Shown piece after piece: positions 22,850-33,100 of a stretch of DNA of 40,113 nucleotides. Below the pieces are notes generated by a model. The model was not told where the DNA came from. It did no database searches and saw nothing but the letters and a program-made list of their open reading frames with translations. A program made the translations under genes and the position numbers. Position 1 is the stretch's first letter; every line of letters starts with the position of its first letter. This DNA is from Octopus bimaculoides (lineage: Eukaryota), in NCBI RefSeq assembly GCF_001194135.2, contig NC_068989.1, positions 67,002,646 to 67,042,758 of the forward strand, in the 5' to 3' direction.

Positions 22850-23000
22850 ACTATAGAAATAAGGCCTGAAAGTTAGGGGAAGGGACAGTCGATTACAGCA
22901 ACCCTGGAGTGTAACTGATACTTAATCTATCGACCCCGAAAGGATGAAAGGTAAAGTCAACCTCAGTGGAATTTGAACCCACAACATAAAGACAGACGAA
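22850..23000 (-). mobile_element. Family-B SINE in PHB2 intron 4
   Basis: Reverse-complement core match (tcgaccccgaaaggatgaaaggtaaagtcaacctcagtggaatttgaac). Confidence 0.7.
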
Positions 23001-23526
23001 AAAGGCTTTTACACATAAGTACAAAGGTTGATAATCACAAATAGGCTTAATACATATATTTACATGGAATACAATATACAGAATAAAGAATACAAAGTAA
23101 ACAAAACAAGTTATGTAAGTCTTATCTTGACAGCTGTTTCAAGGGCACCATGACCTATGCTTTGACCATTCATACATAATAAACACCCATGATGTTATAA
23201 GTGTATATAATAACTCAAGTTCCTATGGATCTTTTAGGGGAAGCCAGGTCACCCTCATCAGAAGAGTATGCCTAACTTTCTATGCTAGAGACACACTGGA
23301 ATATGTAGCCCATCACCACTCCCCTTCTATCTTCAGCTGCTTTGCACACACACACACACACACACACCCCGCCGTTTTTTCCATCTTTTTAAAGTGTATA
23401 TTAGTTTCCATCTATCTGAACACAACCTCATAGATATCTATACTGTGCTTGCTTTGCATTCTTCAAAACAGTGTGTGTGTGTGTGTACACACATACATGT
23501 ACATACCAATACACACTATATACACT

Positions 23527-23570
<44 letters not shown>

Positions 23571-24129
23571 TATACATATATATACACACACACACACATA
23601 TGTATATCTATAAACATGCATACACCATACACATTGCCATATATACTTTATATGTTTATAAACATACCACACACATTGTATGAAGTATGTGTATGTATGT
23701 ATATATGTTTAAACGTAATTGTAACTTCAAAAAAGGCTTTAGCAAATGCTCTTTTAAATAACTGGTGCTGCTTCAAAGAAGAGAGAGCGTGGGGGGGGAG
23801 TTAAAACGTGTGTTGCTAAATTCGCAAGTTTAAACCATTTAGGTGTTATTTAAAATCAGAGCAGGCTAAAGGGAAACAACTCTTTCTAAATCTGTTTGTA
23901 AAAAAAAAAAAAAACCTAAAACGACCCTACCTTGCTTAATTTTTCATACAATACTTTCCAGGGAGTAAAAAAAAAAACCCCGACTCTTGAAAGCATCTCT
24001 ACAGTGAATTTGAACATTCTGAGACATGACTTCACTACTCATTCCATTATACAATTAGCATAATCATTCAAGACCATTCATCATCGTTTCAATGTATTTT
24101 TGTTGTTGGCAACCCTCACCGTTTACAAG

Positions 24130-24355
24130 CAAAGTAATAGTTCCCTCATAGTTAAGGTAAAATTATCACACAGAACGAAATGCTTACTGGCATTTCGTCC
24201 GTCTTAACATTCTAAGTTCAAATTCCGCTGTGACTGACTTTGCCTTTCATTTTTTCGGGGTCAATAAAATAAATACCTGTTAAGCATTGGGGTTGATATA
24301 ATCAACTTAGTCCTTCCCCCAAAATTGCTGACTTTGTGCTAAAAACTGAAATCAA
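24130..24355 (+). mobile_element. Family-B SINE in PHB2 intron 4
   Basis: Core match (catttcgtccgtc...agttcaaattccgc...ctttgcctttcat). Confidence 0.7.
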
Positions 24356-24448
24356 TATTTCTTCATAGTTAAGGTAGAGAATTGGCAAAATCATTAGCAT
24401 GCCGGATGAAATGCTTAGCTGCATTTCGTCTGTCTTTACGTTCTAGAT

Positions 24449-24832
24449 GTGGAGGCGCAATGGCCCAGTGGTTAGGGCAGCAGACTCGTGGTCATAGGAT
24501 CGTGGTTTCGATTCCCAGACCGGGCGTTGTAAGTGTTTATTGAGCGAAAACACCTTAAGCTCCACGAGGCTCCGGCAGGGGATGGTGGCGAACCCTGCTG
24601 TACTCTTTCACCACAACTTTCTCTCACTCTTACTTCCTGTTTCTGTTGTGCCTGTAATTCAAAGGGTCAGCCTTGTCACACTGTCACACTGAATCTCCCC
24701 CGAGAACTACGTTAAGGGTACACGTGTCTGTGGAGTGGTCAGCCACTTGCACGTTAATTTCACAAGCAGGCTGTTCCATTGATCGGATCAACTGGAACTC
24801 TCGACGTTGTAAGCGACGGAGTGCCAACAACA
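24449..24832 (+). mobile_element. Complete tRNA-derived SINE, family A, nested in a family-B SINE
   Basis: A-box tggcccagtgg, B-box ggtttcgattcc. TSD TTCTAGAT at 24441-48 and 24833-40. The host SINE resumes as tcaaatttt. Confidence 0.9.
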
Positions 24833-24969
24833 TTCTAGATTCAAATTTTGTCGAGGGCGAATTTACCAGTTGAGTTGAGCACTTGGGTCAATGTAATCAA
24901 CTTATTCCTTCCCCCAAAAAATTGCAGGCCTTGTGCCAAAATTTGAAATCAATATTGTCCCCATAGTTA

Positions 24970-26075
24970 GAGATGGTTTCACAGAAGACAGAAAACAGAA
25001 GACACTGCTCTTATAACAGTGACATTCTTTATAACTACTGTAAAGAAACTCCATACAGTGTACCAGTGCAAGCTGTGGACACATGAGGTGAAGCAGTATC
25101 ACTGGAAGACTAACAGAGAAAGTAGTCTTTATGTGTGGCAGATGTGCAGATACATTAAACACCAGAAATGAGCAGAAAATAGACCCCTCTAAATATCAGG
25201 AGGAATCCTTAGAAATAGTAGACAGTTTCCATTACATAGGTGACCAAGTTAGTAGTGGTGGAGACTGTTCCAAAAGCATAGCTGCTAGACTAAGAATAGG
25301 CAGGGCAAAGTTCAGAGCTACTACCTCTGTTAGTAACAAAGGGCCTCTCCTTCAGAGTGAAAGGCAGATTGTAGGATGCATGTGTACAAACAGCTATGCT
25401 ACATGGCAGTGAAACATGGGCTGTGACTACTGAAGATATGCAAAGGCTTGAAGGAAATAAAGCCAGTATGCTCCACTGGATGGGTAATGTCAGTGTGCAT
25501 ATACAGCAGAGTGTAAGTGATTTCAGAGAAAAACTGGGTATACGTAGCATCAGATGTAGTGTACAAGAGAGAAGACTGTGCTGTTATGCTCATGTAATGC
25601 ATTTGAATGAAGATAGTTGCATCAAGGGGTGCCAATTTCTTATTGTGGAGGGAACATGTAGGAGGAGTAGACCCCAGAAAGACATGGGGTGAACTGATGA
25701 GAAAGGATCTCCAAACATTGGGCCTCACAGGGGGGATGACAGGGACTGAGATTCCTGGTGGTTTGGTGTGCTTGAGAAGACAAGTCAAGCTAAGTAAAAG
25801 TATGGTTGTCCTTGCGTACCAGCATGTCCCCAGCATCTCTCCCCAGCTGAGCATTCCTAATCTTGTGGTCTTGTGGCTGCTGATGCCATGTAAAAAACAC
25901 CCATACCGGTACCACAAAAATATACCTATGCCGATCCTGCATAAAAAAACCCAATACACTTTACAAAGTGGTTGACATTAGGAGGAGCATTCAGTTGTAG
26001 ACTGGAACCTAGGCAGCTCTTCAGCTGGCCAGCTTGTCAAACCATCCAACCCATGCCAGCATGGAAAACAAGTGT
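24970..26075 (+). mobile_element. 5'-truncated RTE-clade LINE in PHB2 intron 4 (antisense to PHB2)
   Basis: YIGDQVSSGG..ARLRIG.AKF, MLHGSETWAVT and GTCRRSRP RT C-terminal motifs with frameshifts, followed by the 3' UTR and tail. Confidence 0.9.
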
Positions 26076-26249
26076 TACATAATGACTTCAAACCTTAAAT
26101 TTTTGAGTAGATCTGAAATAAGCTCATTATATCAAATGAAATTAGATTACTACAGCTTTTACATGACTACTGATTCAACTGACAAAATCCCATCTATAAC
26201 AAAAAAAATTAACCATGCACCTAATTTAAAACAAATACTCGTTCCTTAC

Positions 26250-26374
26250 CTCGTTACAAATTGATGGTAGCACCCGCTCTTCATAATCTAATCCCAATCG
26301 TCGGTACATGGCAGGTAAATGCAAAGCATCTGGCCGAGAGAGAACTCGAAGAGAAATATTAACCATTTGTAAAT
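26250..26374 (-). CDS. PHB2: Prohibitin-2 coding exon 4 ((D)[41 protein letters not shown])
   Basis: Acceptor tttcgtttgtag|, donor GAG|GTAAGG, 125 nt. SPFH-domain motifs [15 protein letters not shown] and ERVLPSI. Confidence 0.97.
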
Positions 26375-26604
26375 CTACAAACGAAAAAACATCAATTGAT
26401 ATAATTAGAAAATAAAAGGTAGATTTATTTTATGCTATTTCAAAACAACAGAACTGCAAACTGAAGAATGTTTGCAGTTAGAAAATAGAATATATAAGCA
26501 TACATGAAATTACAAGAGTTTTTCTTCTTTTTTTTTTTTTCAATCAAAAATATAAACCACATCTCACTCCTGCTAGCAATGTTAAAGATTTCAAAAAGTC
26601 TTGA

Positions 26605-26605
<1 letters not shown>

Positions 26606-26654
<49 letters not shown>
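26606..26654. repeat. (TG)n microsatellite
   Basis: Directly visible. (TA)n tracts also occur near 10686-10718 and 34214-34236. Confidence 0.95.
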
Positions 26655-26657
<3 letters not shown>

Positions 26658-26734
26658 CATCATTTAACGTTCACCTTCCATGCTGGCATGGGTTGGACAG
26701 TTTGACATGAGGCGACCAGGTAAAAGACTACACC

Positions 26735-28026
26735 AGGCTACTGTTATATGGTTATAATTTACCTGTTGCTAATAAGAACCTCATTTTTACACTGGTCACC
26801 AGCCTAACTGAATTCTGTGGGCCTTAGGGTTAACCTAGCCAAAACCAAAGTCTTAGTAAGTAGGAAGGCTGTCAAATCACAACCCCCCTCAGGTAGATGG
26901 CCCTGCTCAGTCTGTAGAAAAGGCATGGGTAGAAACTCCATACGATGTACCCAGTGTAAGCTATGGACACATAAAAGGTGAAGCAATATCAAATGAAGGT
27001 TAACCAGGACAATAGTTTTTGTGTGTGGCAGATGCAATGGGACATTAAACACTGAAGATGTACAGAAAACAGATTCCATCACATGCCAGGGGAAGAAACT
27101 AGAAGTAGTTATTAGCTTCTGCTACCTAGGCGACCAAGTCTGCAGAGGAGGTGGTTGCCAAGAGAGTGTAAGAATACTAGGGTAAGAATAGCATGGGCAA
27201 AGTTCAGGGAGCTCCTACCTCTGCTGGCAACTAAAGGCCTCTCGCTCTGGGTGAAAGGTAGATTGTATGATGCATGTGTGCAAACTGCCATGCTACACGG
27301 CAGTGAAACATGGGCCATGAATGCTGAGGACGTGTAGGCTTGAAAGAAATGAATCTAGTATGATCCACAACAGTGTAAGCGTCCTGAGAGAAAAATTGGG
27401 CAGAAGAAGCATCAAATGTGGTGTGCAAGAGAGACGACTGCGCTAGTATGGCTATGTGTTACGTATGAATGAAGACAGCTGTGAGGAAGTGCCACTCCCT
27501 AACTGTAGAAGGAACCTGTAGAAGAGGTAAACCTAGAAAGACATGGGATGAGGTGGTGAGGGATGACCTTCGAACATTGGGCCTCACAGAGGCAATGAAA
27601 GGAGACAGGGACCTTTGGAGACACACTATGATTGAGAAGACCCAGCAACTAAAGTGAGATGGCAGCCACTCACATTCAGCCCTGTTAAAAAATACTCCTG
27701 ATGTGTCAGGCGATATGATATGCTTGAGAAGACTTGTTGAGTCAAGTAAAACCAATATTGTAGCTGGGGCCGGTGCCCCTTGGCTGGCTCCCATGCCGAT
27801 GGCATGTAAAAAGCACAAACCGATCATGACCAATGCCAATGCCCACTGACTGGCTCCTGTGCCAGTGGCACTTAAAAAGGACCATCCAAACGTGTTCGTT
27901 GCCAGGCCCGCCTTACTGGCTCCAGTACCGATGGCACGTAAAAAGCACCAACCAATCATGACCGACACCAGTACACCTTTACTGGTTCCTGTGCCGGTGG
28001 CACATAAAAAGCACCATCCAAACATG
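26735..28026 (+). mobile_element. 5'-truncated RTE-clade LINE in PHB2 intron 3 (antisense to PHB2), 3' UTR with 66-bp repeats
   Basis: RIAWAKFRELLPLLATKGLSL.VKGRLYDACV.TAMLHGSETWA and [16 protein letters not shown] motifs. Same family as 24970-26075. Confidence 0.9.
27784..28026. repeat. 66-bp tandem repeat, about 3.7 units, ABAB pattern
   Basis: Unit starts (ctggytcc) at 27784, 27850, 27916 and 27982. Confidence 0.85.
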
Positions 28027-28057
28027 CAAAAATATAATAATGTGAAGCTCTTCTTAC

Positions 28058-28137
28058 CTTTACTACCAGTTGGAGAAGACAATTTCCTTGGCCGAGCCCG
28101 AATATCATAAATAATAGGGTAATGAAACCATGGAATC
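28058..28137 (-). CDS. PHB2: Prohibitin-2 coding exon 3 ([26 protein letters not shown])
   Basis: Acceptor atttctag|, donor AAAG|GTAAGA, 80 nt. Near-identical to the PHB2 [26 protein letters not shown] motif. Confidence 0.97.
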
Positions 28138-28416
28138 CTAGAAATAAATAATTCAAGAGTTCCATCACCAAAAATGTCTTATGAAGAAGGAAACAACTGA
28201 AAATGCTTTTTCAATTTATATTTCTCAAAATTAGTAGATTATGTATAAAATATTAGCTTATAATATAAAACAAAATTTACAATATTTGCCAGTTTTTAAG
28301 AAGCATTTTCTAAAATTTTGGGTGAATAACAAAATTGCTCTGCATTTAATGCAGCTGCATAACAGATGCAAGACCAAGCACCATGGCCTAGAATTATGAA
28401 AGCAATTAATTCTCAC

Positions 28417-28498
28417 CTGAAATGCAGCCCTTCTGCATAAATGTCCTTTTTAATACCGCCAATTCGACTGAAAATAATGGCTCTATGACCACCATCAA
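28417..28498 (-). CDS. PHB2: Prohibitin-2 coding exon 2 ((V)[26 protein letters not shown](R))
   Basis: Acceptor ttttgacag|, donor AG|GTGAGA, 82 nt. Carries the GGHRAI..RIGG and EGLHF prohibitin motifs. Confidence 0.96.
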
Positions 28499-28564
28499 CT
28501 GTCAAAAGACAAAAAAAGAATTAAATTAAATAAAAATACAAGTAAATATCCATAAAGGGAAAAA

Positions 28565-28918
28565 TTAACATGGGTGCAGGTATAAAAGACCCTTTCAGTC
28601 ATGAAGGACGATGGGATTGCACCTAGAAAGTTACCCTCCAAGGCACAAGTCCAAGCAAGGTTGTTTATGGAAGACCAGCAGTCGCCCATGCATATCAGCC
28701 TCCTCTCTCCACGCCACTGATGTTATCCAAGGGAAAAGTAAGGGTCGATACAGCTTGGCACCAGTGACATCGCAACTCGTTTCTACAGCTGAGTGAACTG
28801 GAGCAATGTGAAATTAAGTGTCTTGCTCAATAACACAACACACAGCCCAGTCCGGGAATCAAACTCACTACCTGATGATTATAAGCCCAACACTAACCAC
28901 TGAACCATGCACCTTCAA
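28565..28918 (-). mobile_element. SINE family D in PHB2 intron 1
   Basis: Reverse complement of 15875-16216. Confidence 0.8.
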
Positions 28919-29502
28919 AAGTATAGTATGTGTATTAAAGGAACATGCATTATAATAATTAGGTTTCAATCTCACAACATAGTACTTTGGGAAAGTGTCT
29001 TCTACTACAGTCTCAGGTGAAGCAATACTTTGTGAGCAGAATTAATCATGCATTATGTTGTAGCTTAGAGATTTCAATGGTGTGATTGTATATTTTTAGA
29101 ATGACATTGTAGGGTAGGTATGAGAGGATAGATCTGATCAGTTTTGACATAAAAAAAAAAGGTAGAATATTTGGATCAGATATGTCCACATTAAATGCTA
29201 AAAGGTTAAAAACTAGTTTTATAGATACTTATTTCAAAATTCCAATTTCATCTATCACACATTCACTTGTTTGTGTAGGCTGAAATATGTAAAACATTAG
29301 ATAAAAAGTACCTAGCTGTTTAATACTGTGGACGCAATCTGCTCTTTACCTTGTGTGAACCCCCTAAAATCTTATATGGACCACAAGGGGCCATATAAAC
29401 CCCAGATGAGAACCACTGTTCTAAATGAAATACCTTGCCTTCACTTCAGTTAATCTTGAAAATAATGAAGAATTTAGTAAAATTATTGTCATTATTAACC
29501 CT

Positions 29503-29725
29503 GCCAAAGGACGGCGAGCTGGCAGAATCATTAGCAAGCTGGACTAAATGCTTAGTGGTATTTCACCAGTCGCTACGTTCCAGGTTCAAATTCCACTGAG
29601 GTCAACTTTGCCTTTCATCCTTTCAGAGTCAATAAATTAAGTAGCAGTTGCATACTGGGATCGATCTAATCAACTGGGGCCCCTACCCCCAAATTTCAGC
29701 TCTTGTGCCTATAGTAGAAAGGATT
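29503..29725 (+). mobile_element. Family-B SINE, near full length
   Basis: Head aaggacggcgagctggcagaatc through tail tagtagaaaggattatt. Confidence 0.8.
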
Positions 29726-29974
29726 ATTAACCTTGCCATGCTATGTCCCCACTCTAGTAGGAATAGGCAGAACATCATCTCAGCTAGATTCCCAGTAAAG
29801 CAGTAATGAACAACAGAAGTAGAAAAAGTACATGCAGCTGATTCTATCCATTAGTTTGCCTGCAATTGTTCCTCTTGAGCTGTATATATAACAATTTATT
29901 TCTTAACTCAGGACTCCAAGTGGAGAGTAAAGTTAGACACGGGAGCCCAGGTCTGAGAGAGTTTAGCTGGTTCA

Positions 29975-30195
29975 CTAAGGCAGCAAGCTGATAGAACTGT
30001 TAGTGCTCTGGACAAGATGCTTAGAGGAATTTCATCTGTCTTTACATTCCAAGTTCAAATTCCGCCAAGGTCAACTTTGCCTTTCATTCTTTCAAGGTTC
30101 AATAAAATAAAGTACCAGTTAGCACTAGGGTTGATGAAATCAACTAAACTCCACTACTAAAATGTCAGGTCTTGTGCCTATAATTGAAAGAATTA
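29975..30195 (+). mobile_element. Family-B SINE, near full length
   Basis: Colinear with 29503-29725. Confidence 0.75.
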
Positions 30196-33100
30196 TCTAG
30201 CTGGTCTTCAGAACATAAGTTATCATGAAATTTTAATGAAAGCTTTTAATGTAGAACACTTAAAAAAAAACAAGTCGCTATCATAGAACCATGGGTAGTC
30301 TCAAGTGGACTGGTATCAAAAGGGTTAATTTATAGCCCTAAAATGCACCCTATAACATAATAGAAGACTAAGAACAGAGCATTTGTTTTCAAACAAATTT
30401 TCTCAGCATCAAAGCACCATAAATATGAAAATAAAAGAGATTTCCATTCCATCACTCAAGGAGCTTCCATACACTTGCTTGATGTGTTGGAAATAGCAAC
30501 TAAATCTCCCTTCAATAACACCTTACCATCTTAAAAGGATACATTGTATAAAGTAGTGTTGGTTATATTGTAAATGAAAATAAGATAGGATGATTGTGGC
30601 TGAATCACCTTTGATGAGAAATCTGATCTCTGGACTAATCTGAGTCTAAACAAGAACAACTAACTAGTAATTTTGGAGAAAGTCTAACATTTCCTACCAT
30701 CATTGTTGAGAATGTGAGAATGAAGGCCAGAATCACAGACTAACTGATTCAGGCTATAAGAAACTAACTAACCATCATACAATGATGACATCTTAAAGTT
30801 AAAACTTCAATATTATTGCAATGTTATCGCAGTATGGGAAAAAAAATGTTGAAAGTAACCTGTAACTTGACCCTCTCTAACGACAGTATCAGCCCCTTTT
30901 AAAACCAAACTCACAAAGACTGCTTATACTAAACTATTCATATTTCACACTCTATTGAGTTGGTGCCATGAAAATGCACCAATCATAATGTGTAAAGTGA
31001 TTGGCAAATGATGTATGGGACTGTGAGGTCTCTTTAATTCTGTCTTGCAAAGATATATTCAACCTCCTTAGTGCTGGTGCTATGAGAAGATGCACCTGGC
31101 TGACATTGGAAAAGGATTAGCATTAGGAAAGGTAGCCAATTGACAAGTAAAAGAGCCAGTCTTTTAGGATCGGTAGCTCTCAATACGAAGTGACTTGGAT
31201 CATGGTACCCTACCAAACCAATGCCAACATGGAAAAGAGGATGTACTGGGGTGGTGATAATGACAACTCTTCTTGCACTTGATAGAAAGAAGTTATAACA
31301 CTGGATTATAGTCAATACCAGAACAATATGTGTTCTTTTGTTAGCGTCATGTGGACAATGTGAGACAAAGATCGGATTTGATTGGGAGTCTATTAAATAT
31401 TTCATAAGCTTAATAACCTTTATGGTTGCCAGAGCTAGACATTAGCTGTAAAACACTTCAGGAACTTGGTGATCCTAGCCTTTGACTACAGATGTAAGTT
31501 TTGCTGATGGTCAGTAGATGAATTTTCCATCAGGATTGCACAACTACCATGTTTCTTTCCAATCTTTAACTTGTCACCCCAGACATAAGGCCAGGTGGCT
31601 GCTGGGTGCTATGCCTTGCCAAAATGAGTCAGTGTCTGATTTAAGGCTGTTTATTTCTATATTCATCATCAGCCCCAATATTTGAAGATCATTCTGCTAC
31701 CAGCCACTAAGGGACCCACTAGTTAAATTTTTCTCTTAATTGTGACCATCTTTTCTTTATTCTGGTTTAGAGAAATATCATTAGTGATACACTCCTAAAA
31801 CATCCCAAATAATCCTGTAAGGACACAAGACGTTATTCTGATTATTTGGCTGGCATAATCAAGTAAGAAAAATCTGAACAGGCTTACGCAGATGTTCACT
31901 AGAGACAAAACCTGAAGAAGATTGTTGTACCATGAAATTCTCAATACTACTTTAAGCATGAATATCCTTCTCTTTTAGGGTCCATCTTCCATACTAACAT
32001 AAGCCAGATGATTTAACAGGATCTATTGAGTCCAAGAACTGCATCATGTTCCCATGTCTGTCTCTTATGGCTGGATGCCCTTCCTAATGCCAACCACTGC
32101 AAAATGGTTGCAATGCTTTGTTTGTGGTGCCAGCAAAATCAGGTTGTCATGCAGCTCCTAAGTCTAAGATCCCTTTTAACTAATTTGGGCTACAATAGAG
32201 AGGTAAGCAACTCTACACTAGGAGATGAGATGCTGAAGTAAGAGAATAGAATAGAATATGGTTTTGTACTAGAGATGAGCTACATGACTACTTATATAAT
32301 GGAAGAGGGGATGGGTGTAACTGAGAGGGAGCTTGAAAGAGGGATAAATAAAGCAATAAAATATCCTTTAATATAATTATAAATTAAAGAGCAAATAACC
32401 ATTGTGAGGGAATATGTGTACTTAAACAAGACATGTAGAAATTTACATGGAGAAGTAACTTTTGTAAGCAATGTAAATTTCATAACCATCTCAGAACTGA
32501 ATACTTGCATGAATGTAAACAAATATCTGTTTAACCTCTCTGTGGACAGAAAAACTAGCTTCACTTGGTTTCAGTCCTACTGGGGATCTGCTTAAAGACA
32601 ATGTATCTATGTGTCCATAGAAAGGAACTTTTAGGGCTATTTTTAGCGAAAAAAGTTCTCTGGGCTGTCTTAGTGAAGTCTGATATTTTGGTAAGAATAT
32701 CATGGCTTAACTAAAAAAGTTAAATAGTGCATTTCAGATCATTAAATATACACTGTTTAAATCATCAATAATTATATGCAGAACTGTCGAGTCATCAATG
32801 GTCTTGTAAGATCTGCATATGGAAAGTCTTGTTTGGCAGAACAGTATATGTTGTGACTAGAAACCCACATGCGAGTGGCGGTCCCAGCTACAGTTGAAGA
32901 CAATGTCTATTAGTCTTGTCTTGATGTTGCATTTTCTTCAAATATATTTTTCTTATCTTTTTAAACCCTTGTCCACTTCTCACACCAACAGAAGCAATCA
33001 TCGGTAATATCTTCCCACTTTACAACGTTTATGTAAAGAGGCCTCATGTCGCTCTTACAAGCATCTTTAAAACGATGATGGTGGGTGAGGTGGGGGGCAT

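Larger units (their letters stand above)
29425..30326. mobile_element. piggyBac-type MITE split by inserted family-B SINEs
   Basis: The left part (ttgaaaataatgaagaa) and right part (gaacataa...atgaaatttt...aaaagggTTAA) are colinear with the intact copy at 22338-22557. Confidence 0.6.

Noticed and set aside
24449-24530. tRNA gene
   Set aside because: A and B boxes are present, but the sequence continues into a multi-copy SINE body with a TSD and has no closed cloverleaf. The same applies to the heads at 3793 and 15875.
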